A stretch of DNA of 61,264 nucleotides, filler included, from 4 parts of 4 records of this genome joined end to end with filler, not necessarily neighbours in it; one strand, 5' to 3'. Positions 29,553 through 39,933 are shown, counted from the whole stretch's first letter. Made by a program: numbers and translations. The notes: a model not told the origin generated them from the letters alone.

Positions 29553-29581
29553 GCATGGGGGTTCGAGTCCCTCTATCCGCA
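29553..29581 (+). tRNA. 3' fragment of a tRNA, most likely tRNA-Leu
   Basis: GCATGGGGGTTCGAGTCCCTCTATCCGCA: end of variable arm, T-arm with GTTCGA, acceptor strand and discriminator A; anticodon not visible. Confidence 0.75.
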
Positions 29582-29583
29582 CT

Positions 29584-29618
29584 AAACCTCCCGAAATATC
29601 GGGAGGTTTTATGTTTTT
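29584..29618 (+). terminator. Intrinsic terminator after the tRNA
   Basis: AAACCTCCCGA-AATA-TCGGGAGGTTT followed by a T-rich tract. Confidence 0.85.
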
Positions 29619-29775
29619 CTGGAAAATCCTTTTTGTTCCAAAAAAATTGATCCCTTATTCCACTCCGATAATCACCTCATTAGGTAGTTCTAAGGTAAAT
29701 TAACTCCGATAGATGTATCTTAGCTTAGATTTCTAAGCTAAAATTTGCTTTTTGCAGACCACCCAAAAGATAGTT

Positions 29776-30930
29776 ATGTCGCAATTTGATTCAATCAGGC
29801 CTTTTTATGACGTAGAAGCTAATGCTGCAATCCGCAAGATTGTAGATGATCCTATGCTGGAAGCCATGATGAGTTTCACTTTTCCTAACGATACAAAAGA
29901 ACATTGGAAGGATTTAATGGTACATACCCATTCCTTGCGTGACTTTCAGGTGAATTTCATTTACCCTGGGGTTCAAAAAGTCATAGAAAAAAGCTCTGAC
30001 GGCTTAAGTACAGGCGGTTTCGAGCAATTGCAGCCTAATACGGCTTACCTATTTATATCGAACCACAGAGACATCATCTTAGATACTTCTCTTCTAAACT
30101 CCTGCCTCTACGAAAACAGTCTAATTCTTACCACTTCTGCCATTGGTGATAATTTGATCCAAAAGCCCTTTTTACACACACTTTCTAGACTGAACAGAAA
30201 CTTTGCTATCAAGCGTGGGCTTCAAGGAAGAGCTTTGCTTGAAAGTTCGCAATTGGCTTCTGCCTACATAAAAAAATCTTTATTGACTGAAAATAGATCA
30301 GTCTGGACAGCACAACGGGAAGGAAGGACGAAAGACGGTAATGATGCGACCCATCGGGGAGTTCTGAAAATGCTTACACTTTCAGAAGAAGGCGCAAATC
30401 CTTTTGGATATTTTGAAAAAATCAAAGTGGTACCAATCTCAATTTCTTATGAATATGATCCTACGGACGTCTTGAAAATGCCAGAATGGCTAGCCAAATC
30501 ACGGGATGAAAAATACATCAAAAGTGAGAATGAGGATTTCATGAACTTGCTTCGTGGAATCATGGGTACCAAAAAACGCATCCATCTTCAAGTGAATGGG
30601 CTATTAGATAAGGAAATTCAGGAGATCTCGAAAATGGAAATCAGTCAACCTGACAAACTCAGTAAACTGGCTGAAACTATCGATCAAAAAATCTGGGCAG
30701 GATATAAACTTTGGCCTAGCAATTATATCGCCCATGATTTACTTTATGGAGATAATGAATATGTGGAGTTCTACTCCGAAGAGGAGAAAAGTTCCTTCGA
30801 AAAACGAATGCATGAAAAAGTGAATATGAAAAATGACTTTCTGGTGAAAAGCTTTTTGGCAATGTATGCTAACCCCGTTAACAATCAGAAGGCTGCATTG
30901 CAGACTAGTTCACCTTCATCTCTATCTTAA
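29776..30930 (+). CDS. Glycerol-3-phosphate/1-acyl-sn-glycerol-3-phosphate acyltransferase family protein
   Basis: SNHRDIILD (HX4D), AQREGRTKDGND, SISYEYDP. Confidence 0.9.
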   Translation: MSQFDSIRPFYDVEANAAIRKIVDDPMLEAMMSFTFPNDTKEHWKDLMVHTHSLRDFQVNFIYPGVQKVIEKSSDGLSTGGFEQLQPNTAYLFISNHRDIILDTSLLNSCLYENSLILTTSAIGDNLIQKPFLHTLSRLNRNFAIKRGLQGRALLESSQLASAYIKKSLLTENRSVWTAQREGRTKDGNDATHRGVLKMLTLSEEGANPFGYFEKIKVVPISISYEYDPTDVLKMPEWLAKSRDEKYIKSENEDFMNLLRGIMGTKKRIHLQVNGLLDKEIQEISKMEISQPDKLSKLAETIDQKIWAGYKLWPSNYIAHDLLYGDNEYVEFYSEEEKSSFEKRMHEKVNMKNDFLVKSFLAMYANPVNNQKAALQTSSPSSLS

Positions 30931-32125
30931 ACTTAGTTCCTACACCTAGTTTGGACTCAATTTCCAGGGTTCCATTTTGTTGGCTCACAAGCTTTTTCAC
31001 CAAGTTCAACCCCAAACCAAATCCAATTTCTCCATGAGTTCCTTCGTCAGGGGATGTGCCTCCATCAAATATTTCTTCCACCTTGTCACTGCTCATCCCT
31101 ATTCCATTATCCTTAACAATCAGCTCTAAAATCAAATCCAACTCCTTTCTTTTCAGATTCATTAGCACGGAAATTTCACCTCCAGTCTTAGTGAATTTGA
31201 TAGAGTTGGAAAGTAAATTCCCTAAAATCTGAAGCACATACAATTTGGAAAATGACTCGAATTGGTTCTCCTGATCTAGTTTTACTGTAAAGTCAATATT
31301 TTTTATTCTTATCTGCGGGGCTAAAAGTCGCATGAGTGTTTCTTTCAGTTTTACCAGGTTGGTTTCTCCTTCTTTTAAATTTCGACTTCTGTTAGAATTC
31401 TCATCATAACTTTTAGACAGAATATCTTTTGATAGGTCAAGCAGGGACAAGCTACTTTGCTTAATCATATCTGTATAATCCATGATTTCCTCAGGACTAG
31501 CTACCAATTTCTCATCAAGAATTAAATCTGCTAAACCAATCACCCCACTTATCGGACCTCGAATATCATGTGCCAATTTCTGCTGGTTCAATTCAGCCTC
31601 CTTTACTTTATTTTTAAGGTTTGCCACCAAATTATTTACGCGAAGTCTGTCAACAATCTGCCTTGCTATCAATTTCAATAACTCCTTAACATCCTCCGAA
31701 AGATGCATCATTTGACTATCCATCACGCAAAGTGCCCCGAGGTTATATCCCTCTGGAGAAGTCAAAGGCACTCCCATATAATACCTTAGATTAGGGGCAT
31801 CTTTTACATAAAATTTATTTTTGAATCGTGCATCAGTACTCAAGTCTTTCACTTCAAAACTTTCGCCGGAAAAGGGTTGAATGGTGTACTGGCAAACAGA
31901 ATCCTCCCTTGGCATTTGGGTAATATCTATGCCATAGGAGGACACACTCCATTGTGTAAATGAATCGATAAGATTGACAAGTGAAATTTCTGTCCCGCTG
32001 ATTTTAGCTGCCAACTCCGTCAGATAATTTAATCCCTGCTTTGGCTCATAGTAATCTATTCCCAGATTACTTAAGGCCAAAAGCCTATCTAATTCATTCT
32101 CTTGCAAGGAAGATATTTGATTCAT
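30905..32125 (-). CDS. Cytoplasmic GAF-domain sensor histidine kinase
   Basis: GAF segment (LRYYMGVPL, GALCVMD), H-box LAHDIRGP, NLLSNSIKF, DNGIGM, GFGLGL. Confidence 0.92.
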   Translation of the reverse strand: MNQISSLQENELDRLLALSNLGIDYYEPKQGLNYLTELAAKISGTEISLVNLIDSFTQWSVSSYGIDITQMPREDSVCQYTIQPFSGESFEVKDLSTDARFKNKFYVKDAPNLRYYMGVPLTSPEGYNLGALCVMDSQMMHLSEDVKELLKLIARQIVDRLRVNNLVANLKNKVKEAELNQQKLAHDIRGPISGVIGLADLILDEKLVASPEEIMDYTDMIKQSSLSLLDLSKDILSKSYDENSNRSRNLKEGETNLVKLKETLMRLLAPQIRIKNIDFTVKLDQENQFESFSKLYVLQILGNLLSNSIKFTKTGGEISVLMNLKRKELDLILELIVKDNGIGMSSDKVEEIFDGGTSPDEGTHGEIGFGLGLNLVKKLVSQQNGTLEIESKLGVGTKFKIEMKVN

Positions 32126-32223
32126 TTTACTACTTTTAACTATTACTGGCACAAAAAATCTTTATTTCATTTTCCTATCCAAATGAAAAGGCAATTACTT
32201 TTTCTAAAATCAAACATCTACGA

Positions 32224-32832
32224 ATGAATAGATTATATGGACCTCTCCTGGTGCTGTTTTTCTTAGTAATAAACATATTTCTTTTTCAGGAAAATAAAGC
32301 ACTTGCTCAAACCAGCGATACGAATGTACCTGTAGGTCAAATCCTGACACCCTTTGGTGAAATTTTGATCGCACTAGATGAGCGCACTCCCAAGCATAAG
32401 GAAAGCTTCATTGAGTTGGCAAATGCTGGCTATTGGGACTCATTGACGTTCAATCGAGTTATTCCAAACTTTGTTGCTCAGGGTGGTTGCCCAGATACGG
32501 AGGAAGGATTTACGGATCCCCAATATCTTTTAGAGCCTGAGTTTGTACCAGAACTGAAGCATGTTTATGGTGCTGTGGGTGCCGGTCGAGATGACAATCC
32601 CGGCAAATTATCTGCACGCTGCCAATTTTATATTGTTCAAAATCCTGAGGGAATCTCCAGACTGGATGGTGATTATACGATTTTTGGCCATGTCATCAAA
32701 GGTATGAGTGTCATAGAGCAAATCGTCAGAGTAAAGCGAGATCATACAAATGAGCCTATCAAACCTATAACATTATCCGTGAAAATAATTTACAAGGAAA
32801 AGGCTCAAGTTGAGAAAATGCGAAATTCATAA
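32224..32832 (+). CDS. Cyclophilin-type peptidyl-prolyl cis-trans isomerase, exported
   Basis: Signal peptide; FNRVIPNFVAQGG, QFYIV, LDGDYTIFGHVIKG. Confidence 0.9.
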   Translation: MNRLYGPLLVLFFLVINIFLFQENKALAQTSDTNVPVGQILTPFGEILIALDERTPKHKESFIELANAGYWDSLTFNRVIPNFVAQGGCPDTEEGFTDPQYLLEPEFVPELKHVYGAVGAGRDDNPGKLSARCQFYIVQNPEGISRLDGDYTIFGHVIKGMSVIEQIVRVKRDHTNEPIKPITLSVKIIYKEKAQVEKMRNS

Positions 32833-32874
32833 AGCAAATTTGTCTGGAGACTTTTCACTTAATCGTTCCCCCTA

Positions 32875-35800
32875 ATGAATAATCCTTTCTTTAAAAGGAA
32901 AGCTTTTAAGTTTTTACTTGGTTTTCTTGGGCTCACCTTTACTTTTTTACTCTTATTTCCTTTCATTTTTAAGGATAAAATACAGGTGGAACTTCAAAAA
33001 ATGTTGGATGATCAGTTTGAGAGTGAAGTACACTTTTCACAAATTGGGCTAACCTTTTTTCGTCATTTCCCCTCTTTGACGATCACTTTGGATGAACTAT
33101 TCATAGCAGGCTCTGCACCTTTTGAGCAGGACACTTTGCTTTATACCAAGCAGCTAGACCTTGGAGTGAACATCCCCTCACTCTTCTCGGACAATTATAA
33201 AGTGGATCAACTTTATTTGAATGAGGCGGTAATCAAGATTTTGCGGGACAACAAAGGTTTATCCAATTTTGACGTCTTAACCCCATCTTCGGACAGAAAG
33301 GAGGCAGACACTACTTCCAGTAGTCTGGAGTTGGAGATCGAAGGTTTCTTTCTGAAAAACAGCCATTTCCTCTACCAAGACACTTCGCTGGACATGATCT
33401 GTGAGGCAAGGGGTATTGATTACGTAGGCGGAGGAGACCTTGCCGATGATATTCTATCATTGGGTAGTGACTTGGAAATTCAAGAGTTCAGATTAATCTA
33501 TGAGGACTTCGCCATTTTTGATAGAAACCGCGTTACAGCTAGTCTTCAAACACGGATCAATACCGAGTCAACTGAGTTAACTTTTGTGAGAAACGAACTT
33601 AAAATCAATGAATTACCAGTAAATTTTGTGGGTAAACTTGAATTTTTAGAGGGAGGATACGATATGAATTTTGTACTGGAATCCTTCAATGCTGAGTTGA
33701 AAGATATGCTTTCAGTCATACCAACTGAATTGATGCCTAATCTAGGACAAACTAGTATCCGTGGCACTGGCGATATTGTGGGCTCATTTCAGGGTCTATA
33801 TCTGCCCGAACAAGATCAAATGCCTGCTTTGGCCTTGAATCTACAGGTTCGAGATGGATATTTGGAACATGAATCCGCCTCGACTCCCATCGAAAACCTG
33901 CGTCTGAGCATGAATGTAATGGTACCAGACTTGGACCCTAATCTTACTAGAGTTGATGTAGATAGTATCGGTTTCTCACTAGGAAATGGGTTTTTGAAAG
34001 GAAATATCCATCTAGCTGAGCTCAATCCCATGAAATTGGATTCCGACCTGGAAGCAAAACTTGATTTAGGAATATTGAATGAAGCCTTAGGAACTGAATC
34101 ACTGGACTTCAGCGGAAAATTGGATCTTAACCTGACATCGCGGGGACAGTTCGCGAGTTCAAAGGACCCTAAAAGCCTCCGAGAGCCTAAATACATTACA
34201 AGTAGCATCCCAGTTTTTTCATTTTCAGCAGGACTTTCCGAAGGATATTTCAAATGGACTGAGCTTCCCGAAGCAATCAAAGATATCTCGATTGATTTAT
34301 CTATAAACAGTCCTGATAGCTTACCCGAGCATATTGGAATAGATTTCAAAAAGATTCACTTTCAGGTCTTGGACCAGGTTACTGATGGATATTTTGCCTA
34401 TAATAAAAATCGTGATCAGGGAATTGATGGTAAAATAAAAAGCAGCTTTGACCTCGCTGATATTCCTAAATTTTATCCTTTAGATTCAGGTTTCGTCCTG
34501 AGAGGAATGATCAACATGGATCTTTTGGCCAAGGGAAACTTTAATAAAGAGCAAAAAACTATTCCAATTATTGATGCTGATTTCAGCTTGATAGAGGGAC
34601 TTATCCAAACGCCTTATCATCCAGAAGCAATCAAAGATCTTTCGATGGTACTGAAAATGCAAAGCAGTAGCACTTCCTATTCTGATCTGAAATTTGAGGT
34701 ACAACCTATACAATTCAACTTTGCAAACAATCCATTTACGCTTACTGCGAATATTGAAAATCTAAATGATATCCGATATGATCTGAGCTCAAAAGGAAAG
34801 CTGGATTTAGGAGAGCTTTTCAAAGTTTTCGGTGATTCTGATATGTCCGTCGATGGGTATTTGATAACTGATGTAAATCTCAAAGGATTACAAAGCGACG
34901 CCACAAACGGGAGAATTCAAAACCTTCAAAATCAAGGGACTATCGAAGTAGAGAATATTTTGGTTCGAACTCAACTTCTTCCCCAACCATTGAGATTGGA
35001 GAAAGGAAATCTGGAATTCAATCAAGACAAAATCAGCTTTGAAAATTTTCTGTTTGGATACGAAAAGAATGAAATCAAAGCAGATGGATATTTCAGCAAT
35101 TACTTGGGATATTTAAGTAATCCTGAGGAGCTTTTGAAAGGAAGTCTAGTCTTCCACTCCCCTTATATAGATTTGGATGATTTCGCCTTTTTCGGAGAAA
35201 GTAATGAAGTAGAAATCGATAGTATCGGAGAAGTTTCTGGCGTCATCGTTCCGCCCTTGAATATGGATGTGATGGTAAAAGCTTCCGTAGACTCAATGAA
35301 ATTCGGAGAACTTAAACTGAAGAACTTCACTGGTGAGATTAATACAAAACCAGGTCAGCTTTCCTTAAACAAAACTAGGTTTGAGATCATAGGTGCCACA
35401 GTGGAAATGAAAGGAAATTACATGGCCTCCACTCCTTTTTCCGCCAATTTTGATTATCAGATAGATGCTAAGGAATTTGATATTCATCGAGCATATGAGG
35501 AAATTCCACTTTTCAGAGAAATGGCTTCTTTCGCAGAATATGCCAGTGGCCAAGCTTCCCTTAGTTATGAATTGTCTGGTAGACTGGATGCAAACATGGA
35601 ACCTGTACTTCCTTCGATTATCGGTGAGGGTACTTTAGGGCTGAAAGCCATCAAACTGAAGGGGTTCAAGCTTATGAATTCCATAGCCAAAGAAACAGAG
35701 AATAATGAGCTCGAAGATCCTGACCTGAATGATGTTGAAATTCATACGAGCATTGCTAATAACTTAATGACAATTCCTCGCACCAAAATCAGAATCGCAG

Positions 35801-36000
35801 GGTTCCGTCCTCGTTTTGAAGGGCAAGTTAGTTTGGATGGAGACATGAGTATAGGATTCCGGCTCGGATTACCTCCCCTTGGGATCTTTGGAATACCTAT
35901 CAAAATCACTGGAAATGCTCAGGACTATAATATGCAGGTGGGAAAAGTATCCAAAGAAGATGAGCTTGTCGAAGTCATCGATGAAAATGAAAATCAATAA
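32875..36000 (+). CDS. AsmA-like protein
   Basis: N-terminal TM anchor, FFRHFPSLT, long beta-rich body, C-terminal RLGLPPLGIFGIP. Confidence 0.8.
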   Translation: MNNPFFKRKAFKFLLGFLGLTFTFLLLFPFIFKDKIQVELQKMLDDQFESEVHFSQIGLTFFRHFPSLTITLDELFIAGSAPFEQDTLLYTKQLDLGVNIPSLFSDNYKVDQLYLNEAVIKILRDNKGLSNFDVLTPSSDRKEADTTSSSLELEIEGFFLKNSHFLYQDTSLDMICEARGIDYVGGGDLADDILSLGSDLEIQEFRLIYEDFAIFDRNRVTASLQTRINTESTELTFVRNELKINELPVNFVGKLEFLEGGYDMNFVLESFNAELKDMLSVIPTELMPNLGQTSIRGTGDIVGSFQGLYLPEQDQMPALALNLQVRDGYLEHESASTPIENLRLSMNVMVPDLDPNLTRVDVDSIGFSLGNGFLKGNIHLAELNPMKLDSDLEAKLDLGILNEALGTESLDFSGKLDLNLTSRGQFASSKDPKSLREPKYITSSIPVFSFSAGLSEGYFKWTELPEAIKDISIDLSINSPDSLPEHIGIDFKKIHFQVLDQVTDGYFAYNKNRDQGIDGKIKSSFDLADIPKFYPLDSGFVLRGMINMDLLAKGNFNKEQKTIPIIDADFSLIEGLIQTPYHPEAIKDLSMVLKMQSSSTSYSDLKFEVQPIQFNFANNPFTLTANIENLNDIRYDLSSKGKLDLGELFKVFGDSDMSVDGYLITDVNLKGLQSDATNGRIQNLQNQGTIEVENILVRTQLLPQPLRLEKGNLEFNQDKISFENFLFGYEKNEIKADGYFSNYLGYLSNPEELLKGSLVFHSPYIDLDDFAFFGESNEVEIDSIGEVSGVIVPPLNMDVMVKASVDSMKFGELKLKNFTGEINTKPGQLSLNKTRFEIIGATVEMKGNYMASTPFSANFDYQIDAKEFDIHRAYEEIPLFREMASFAEYASGQASLSYELSGRLDANMEPVLPSIIGEGTLGLKAIKLKGFKLMNSIAKETENNELEDPDLNDVEIHTSIANNLMTIPRTKIRIAGFRPRFEGQVSLDGDMSIGFRLGLPPLGIFGIPIKITGNAQDYNMQVGKVSKEDELVEVIDENENQ

Positions 36001-36024
36001 CAGTAAAAGAAACACCCAAAGTAT

Positions 36025-37104
36025 ATGAGTACGATAAAGCCAATACGAATATTAGTGGTCGGTTGCGGAAATATGGGAATCGCGCATGCGACGGCTTACC
36101 ACAATTTTTCTGAGTTTGAAATTTGCGGTCTCGTTTCCCGCGGCAGTTCCAAAAACAAACTCAACGAGCAACTTCAAGCTAACTACCCACTTTATTCAGA
36201 TTTCGATGAAGCATTAACCCAATCTAAACCTCATGCAGTTTGCATCTCTACTTACCCGGATACGCATGAGGATTTTGCTGTAAAATCTTTGGAAGCTGGA
36301 AGTCATGTTTTCATAGAAAAACCACTTGCTGATACCATCGAAGGCTGCGAGCGGATTATCGCAAAAGCTAAAGAAGTAAACAAAAAAGTGGTAGTAGGCT
36401 ATATTTTAAGACATCATCCCTCTTGGATTCGGTTCATTGACGAAGCCGAAAAACTCGGAAAGCCTCTCGTGATGCGAATGAATCTCAATCAGCAAAGTCA
36501 GGGCTATATGTGGGATGTGCATCGAAATCTAATGAAAAGCCTCAGCCCTATCGTGGATTGCGGAGTGCACTACATCGATGTAATGTGTCAGATGACTCGA
36601 TCAAAACCCGTATCTGTATCCGCAATCGGCGCAAGACTTACAGAGGATATTTCTTCAGATAATTACAACTACGGTCAACTACAGATTCGCTTCGAAGATA
36701 GTTCTGTCGGCTGGTATGAGGCAGGTTGGGGACCAATGGTGAGTGAGACGGCCTTTTTTATAAAAGACGTTTTTGGACCAAAAGGCGCTGTCTCCATCAC
36801 AGCCAAAGATGCCGGAGCTAGTGGTCAATCAGACAATGTAGATTCACATACTAAAACAGAATCTATCCGGGTTCACCATGCGGCAATTGATTCAGGAAAT
36901 AAATTTACCCAACCGGATGAATGGATAGACCTGAAAGACGAACCTGATCATCAGGAGCTTTGTAATCGTGAACAGCAGTATTTCCTCCGTACGATCCAAG
37001 AAAACATTAATCTGGAGGATCACTTGAATGATGCTCTAAACAGTTTGAAAATTGCTTTCGCATGTGATGAATCTGTGAAAACCGGAGAAACAGTTAAATT
37101 ATAA
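36025..37104 (+). CDS. Gfo/Idh/MocA family oxidoreductase
   Basis: VGCGNMG, HVFIEKP, DCGVHYID. Confidence 0.9.
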   Translation: MSTIKPIRILVVGCGNMGIAHATAYHNFSEFEICGLVSRGSSKNKLNEQLQANYPLYSDFDEALTQSKPHAVCISTYPDTHEDFAVKSLEAGSHVFIEKPLADTIEGCERIIAKAKEVNKKVVVGYILRHHPSWIRFIDEAEKLGKPLVMRMNLNQQSQGYMWDVHRNLMKSLSPIVDCGVHYIDVMCQMTRSKPVSVSAIGARLTEDISSDNYNYGQLQIRFEDSSVGWYEAGWGPMVSETAFFIKDVFGPKGAVSITAKDAGASGQSDNVDSHTKTESIRVHHAAIDSGNKFTQPDEWIDLKDEPDHQELCNREQQYFLRTIQENINLEDHLNDALNSLKIAFACDESVKTGETVKL

Positions 37105-37164
37105 TCCATGGAAATTATTTTGGGAGTCTAGGTCAAAGACCCTAATTTCCGTTTTGCTTTAATT

Positions 37165-37923
37165 ATGGAAAATAAAACAGTACTTATTACAGGCGGTGCA
37201 TCCGGGATCGGGCTCGCCATGGTTCAGCTTTTTGCAGCCAAAAAAACAAAAGTTTACTTCATAGATATCAATCCCGAGATAGGAGAAACAGTAGCTCAAA
37301 CTGAGAGAGAAAAAGGCTTTGATGTCACCTTTTTGTGTGGCAGCGTAGCTGATCCAGCAGAAACTGAAAATCTTATTCAATCAATTCCAGGTAAGATTGA
37401 TACCTTGATTAATAATGCCGGAGTGTCGCATATTGGCAAAGTGGAAACCACATCTCCTGAAGATTTCGACAGAGTTTTTCAGGTAAATGTGAAAGGCATG
37501 TTTAACTGCATCAAGGCAGCTCTTCCAAAGCTTAAAGAAAACGGCGGTGGATCAATTTTGAACATGGCATCCGTGGCTGCTACAATAGGTATTCCTGATC
37601 GTTTTGCCTACAGCATGACCAAAGGCGCGGCACTTTCCATGACATTAAGTGTGGCAAGAGACTACGTTGCTGATGGGATTCGTTGCAATTGTCTTTCTCC
37701 GGGACGTGTGCATACGCCGTTTGTGGATGGGTTCTTAGCAAAAAACTATCCAGGTCAGGAAAAGGAGATGTTTGAAAAACTTGCAGCAACTCAGCCGATA
37801 GGAAGAATGGCCACACCAGCAGAAATCGCTGAACTTGCCTATTTTGTGAGTGCAGATACTGGAAGTTTTATCACAGGAACGAATATTCCAATTGATGGAG
37901 GGTTCCTGGGGTTGAAAATGTGA
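37165..37923 (+). CDS. SDR, probable 2-keto-3-deoxy-L-fuconate dehydrogenase
   Basis: TGGASGIG, NNAG, RFAYSMTKGA; specific function inferred from the fucose cluster context. Confidence 0.75.
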   Translation: MENKTVLITGGASGIGLAMVQLFAAKKTKVYFIDINPEIGETVAQTEREKGFDVTFLCGSVADPAETENLIQSIPGKIDTLINNAGVSHIGKVETTSPEDFDRVFQVNVKGMFNCIKAALPKLKENGGGSILNMASVAATIGIPDRFAYSMTKGAALSMTLSVARDYVADGIRCNCLSPGRVHTPFVDGFLAKNYPGQEKEMFEKLAATQPIGRMATPAEIAELAYFVSADTGSFITGTNIPIDGGFLGLKM

Positions 37924-38077
37924 TACGATATGGGATATACGATTTGTGATTTACGAATTCAACGCATTGATTGAACTCAATTATAAACTCATAATTCCTG
38001 AAGCTAAAATCTTGATTCTTGACTCTAACATCTTGAATCTTAATACTTGATACTATAATCTAAATACTTGATACTAA
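37922..38077. repeat. Degenerate heptamer tandem repeats in the intergenic region
   Basis: GATACGA TATGGGA TATACGA TTTGTGA TTTACGA, then TCTTGAT TCTTGAC ... TACTTGA units. Confidence 0.6.
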
Positions 38078-38078
38078 T

Positions 38079-38939
38079 ATGAAACTTATACGATTCGGCG
38101 AAGCCGGCAAAGAACAACCAGGAATCCAGAGTGCATCGGGCAAATACCTAGATTGCTCAGGGTTCAATGAAGATTGGAACGAAGAGTTTTTCACCAACAA
38201 TGGACTTGCACGATTGGAAGAGTGGTTAGAGGCTAATGAGGAAAACTTAAATGAAATTCCAGCAGGTTCCAGACTGGGTTCACCTATCGCCAGACCTTCA
38301 AAAATCATCTGCATAGGATTGAATTACCGAATGCATGCCATAGAATCTGGAATGCCCGTGCCTGAAGTTCCAATCATCTTCATGAAAGCTACTTCTTCAC
38401 TTTGTGGGCCATTTGATAATATTTTGATTCCTAAGAATTCAGTAAAAACTGACTGGGAAGTAGAATTGGCTGTAGTGATCGGCAAGCGCGCGAAGTATGT
38501 AAGCAAGGAAAATGCGATGGAATACGTGGCAGGGTACTGTGTGCACAATGATGTCTCAGAGCGTGATTTTCAATTACATCATGGAGGACAGTGGGTGAAA
38601 GGAAAGAGTGCTGATAACTTCGCTCCTCTTGGGCCAGTTTTGGTCACCAAAACTGAGATCGAAGATCCGCATAACTTGAGACTTTGGTTGAAACTGAACG
38701 GGAAAATGCTCCAAGACAGCAATACGTCAGATTTGGTTTTTGATATTCCTGAATTGATTGAGCACCTGAGTCAGTACATGACATTACTGCCAGGAGACGT
38801 GATTTCTACAGGAACTCCAGCTGGCGTAGGCCTTGGATTGACCCCTCCTACTTACCTGAAAGAAGGTGACGTAGTAGAACTTGGCATCGAAGGGCTTGGT
38901 GAAGCGAAGCAAACTGCAATCAACGACCCAGAAGCATGA
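38079..38939 (+). CDS. Fumarylacetoacetate hydrolase family, probable 2,4-diketo-3-deoxy-L-fuconate hydrolase
   Basis: KIICIGLNY, DWEVELAVVIG, NDVSERDFQ, GDVISTGTPAGVG. Confidence 0.85.
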   Translation: MKLIRFGEAGKEQPGIQSASGKYLDCSGFNEDWNEEFFTNNGLARLEEWLEANEENLNEIPAGSRLGSPIARPSKIICIGLNYRMHAIESGMPVPEVPIIFMKATSSLCGPFDNILIPKNSVKTDWEVELAVVIGKRAKYVSKENAMEYVAGYCVHNDVSERDFQLHHGGQWVKGKSADNFAPLGPVLVTKTEIEDPHNLRLWLKLNGKMLQDSNTSDLVFDIPELIEHLSQYMTLLPGDVISTGTPAGVGLGLTPPTYLKEGDVVELGIEGLGEAKQTAINDPEA

Positions 38940-39784
38940 GACTGGATTCCCACCAGCATTTCTGGAAATACAATCCACAAAAACACTCCTGGATCACCGA
39001 CGACATGAAGGTGATCCAGCGAGACTTTCTTCCGGAAGATCTCTTCCCGATTTTAGCAGAGCATAAGATTGACGGTTGCGTCGCCGTACAGGCAGATGAA
39101 AGCTTTCGTGAAACTGCCTTTCTATGTGACTTGGCAGAGGAACATGAGCAAATCAAGGCAGTTGTAGGTTGGGCAGATCTTGGCTCAGATGATTTGGACA
39201 AAGATTTGGATCAGTTTGCTTCGCAAAAAAAGCTAAAGGGCTACCGGGAAGTCCTCCAGTCAAAACCAGTGGAATACATGCTTCGTAAGGAGTTTATCCG
39301 TGGTATTGAAAAAATTGGAAAGCGGGGTTATACTTACGATATCCTGATTTTTCACAATCAATTGGAAGCTGCTTTGCAGTTTGTGAAAAAAGCGCCGGAA
39401 CAGCCTTTTGTTATCGACCACATCGCTAAGCCAAATATCAAACTGGGTATTTGGAGAGAGTGGAAAAAGGAAATGACTCCACTTGCGGAGCGGGATTATA
39501 TTTTCTGTAAAGTATCTGGCATGGTCACCGAAGCTGATTGGAAGAAGTGGACAGCTTCTGAACTTCAAGTTTATCTCGATGTAGTCCTCGAACTATTTGG
39601 TCCAAAGCGCCTGATGTTTGGAAGTGATTGGCCAGTTTGTAAGATTGCAGGAGAATATGAGCAGGTTCTGGAAGTCATCGAGCGTTTTACCGATAAACTT
39701 TCCAAGACCGAGAAAGAAGCAATTATGGGAAATACTGGTGCTGAGTTTTATGGGATTTCTGCTATGCCAAAGCCAGAAAAGTAA
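38936..39784 (+). CDS. Amidohydrolase, probable L-fuconolactonase
   Basis: DSHQHFW, IDHIAKP, CKVSGMVTEA, RLMFGSDWPVC. Confidence 0.85.
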   Translation: MRLDSHQHFWKYNPQKHSWITDDMKVIQRDFLPEDLFPILAEHKIDGCVAVQADESFRETAFLCDLAEEHEQIKAVVGWADLGSDDLDKDLDQFASQKKLKGYREVLQSKPVEYMLRKEFIRGIEKIGKRGYTYDILIFHNQLEAALQFVKKAPEQPFVIDHIAKPNIKLGIWREWKKEMTPLAERDYIFCKVSGMVTEADWKKWTASELQVYLDVVLELFGPKRLMFGSDWPVCKIAGEYEQVLEVIERFTDKLSKTEKEAIMGNTGAEFYGISAMPKPEK

Positions 39785-39791
39785 TTTTAAT

Positions 39792-39869
39792 TATTTGAAA
39801 AAGAAATAGCTTCACATTCTGATTCGTTTTGCCGTAGTTTTTTCAAATTATCAAATTTTCGTGACACTG
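39792..39869 (+). pseudogene. Decayed in-frame copy of an internal yhcG segment
   Basis: Translates YLKKK*LHILIRFAVVFSNYQIFVTL versus SFQEKNLRRMMQFAETFPNFQIVVTV (40150-40227); 52/78 nt identical ungapped by hand count. Confidence 0.6.
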
Positions 39870-39933
39870 GTTCTGCTAATGTTTGACCATATTTATTATG
39901 CTAATCTAGTTATACACAGTCTGAAGCTATATT

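Noticed and set aside
29553-29581. tRNA 3' fragment as an att site of an integrated element
   Set aside because: It is cut by the contig edge and followed directly by a terminator; no integrase or second copy is visible
30905-30930. 26-bp 3' overlap of the acyltransferase and GAF kinase genes
   Set aside because: Short convergent overlaps are common and no functional link is evident
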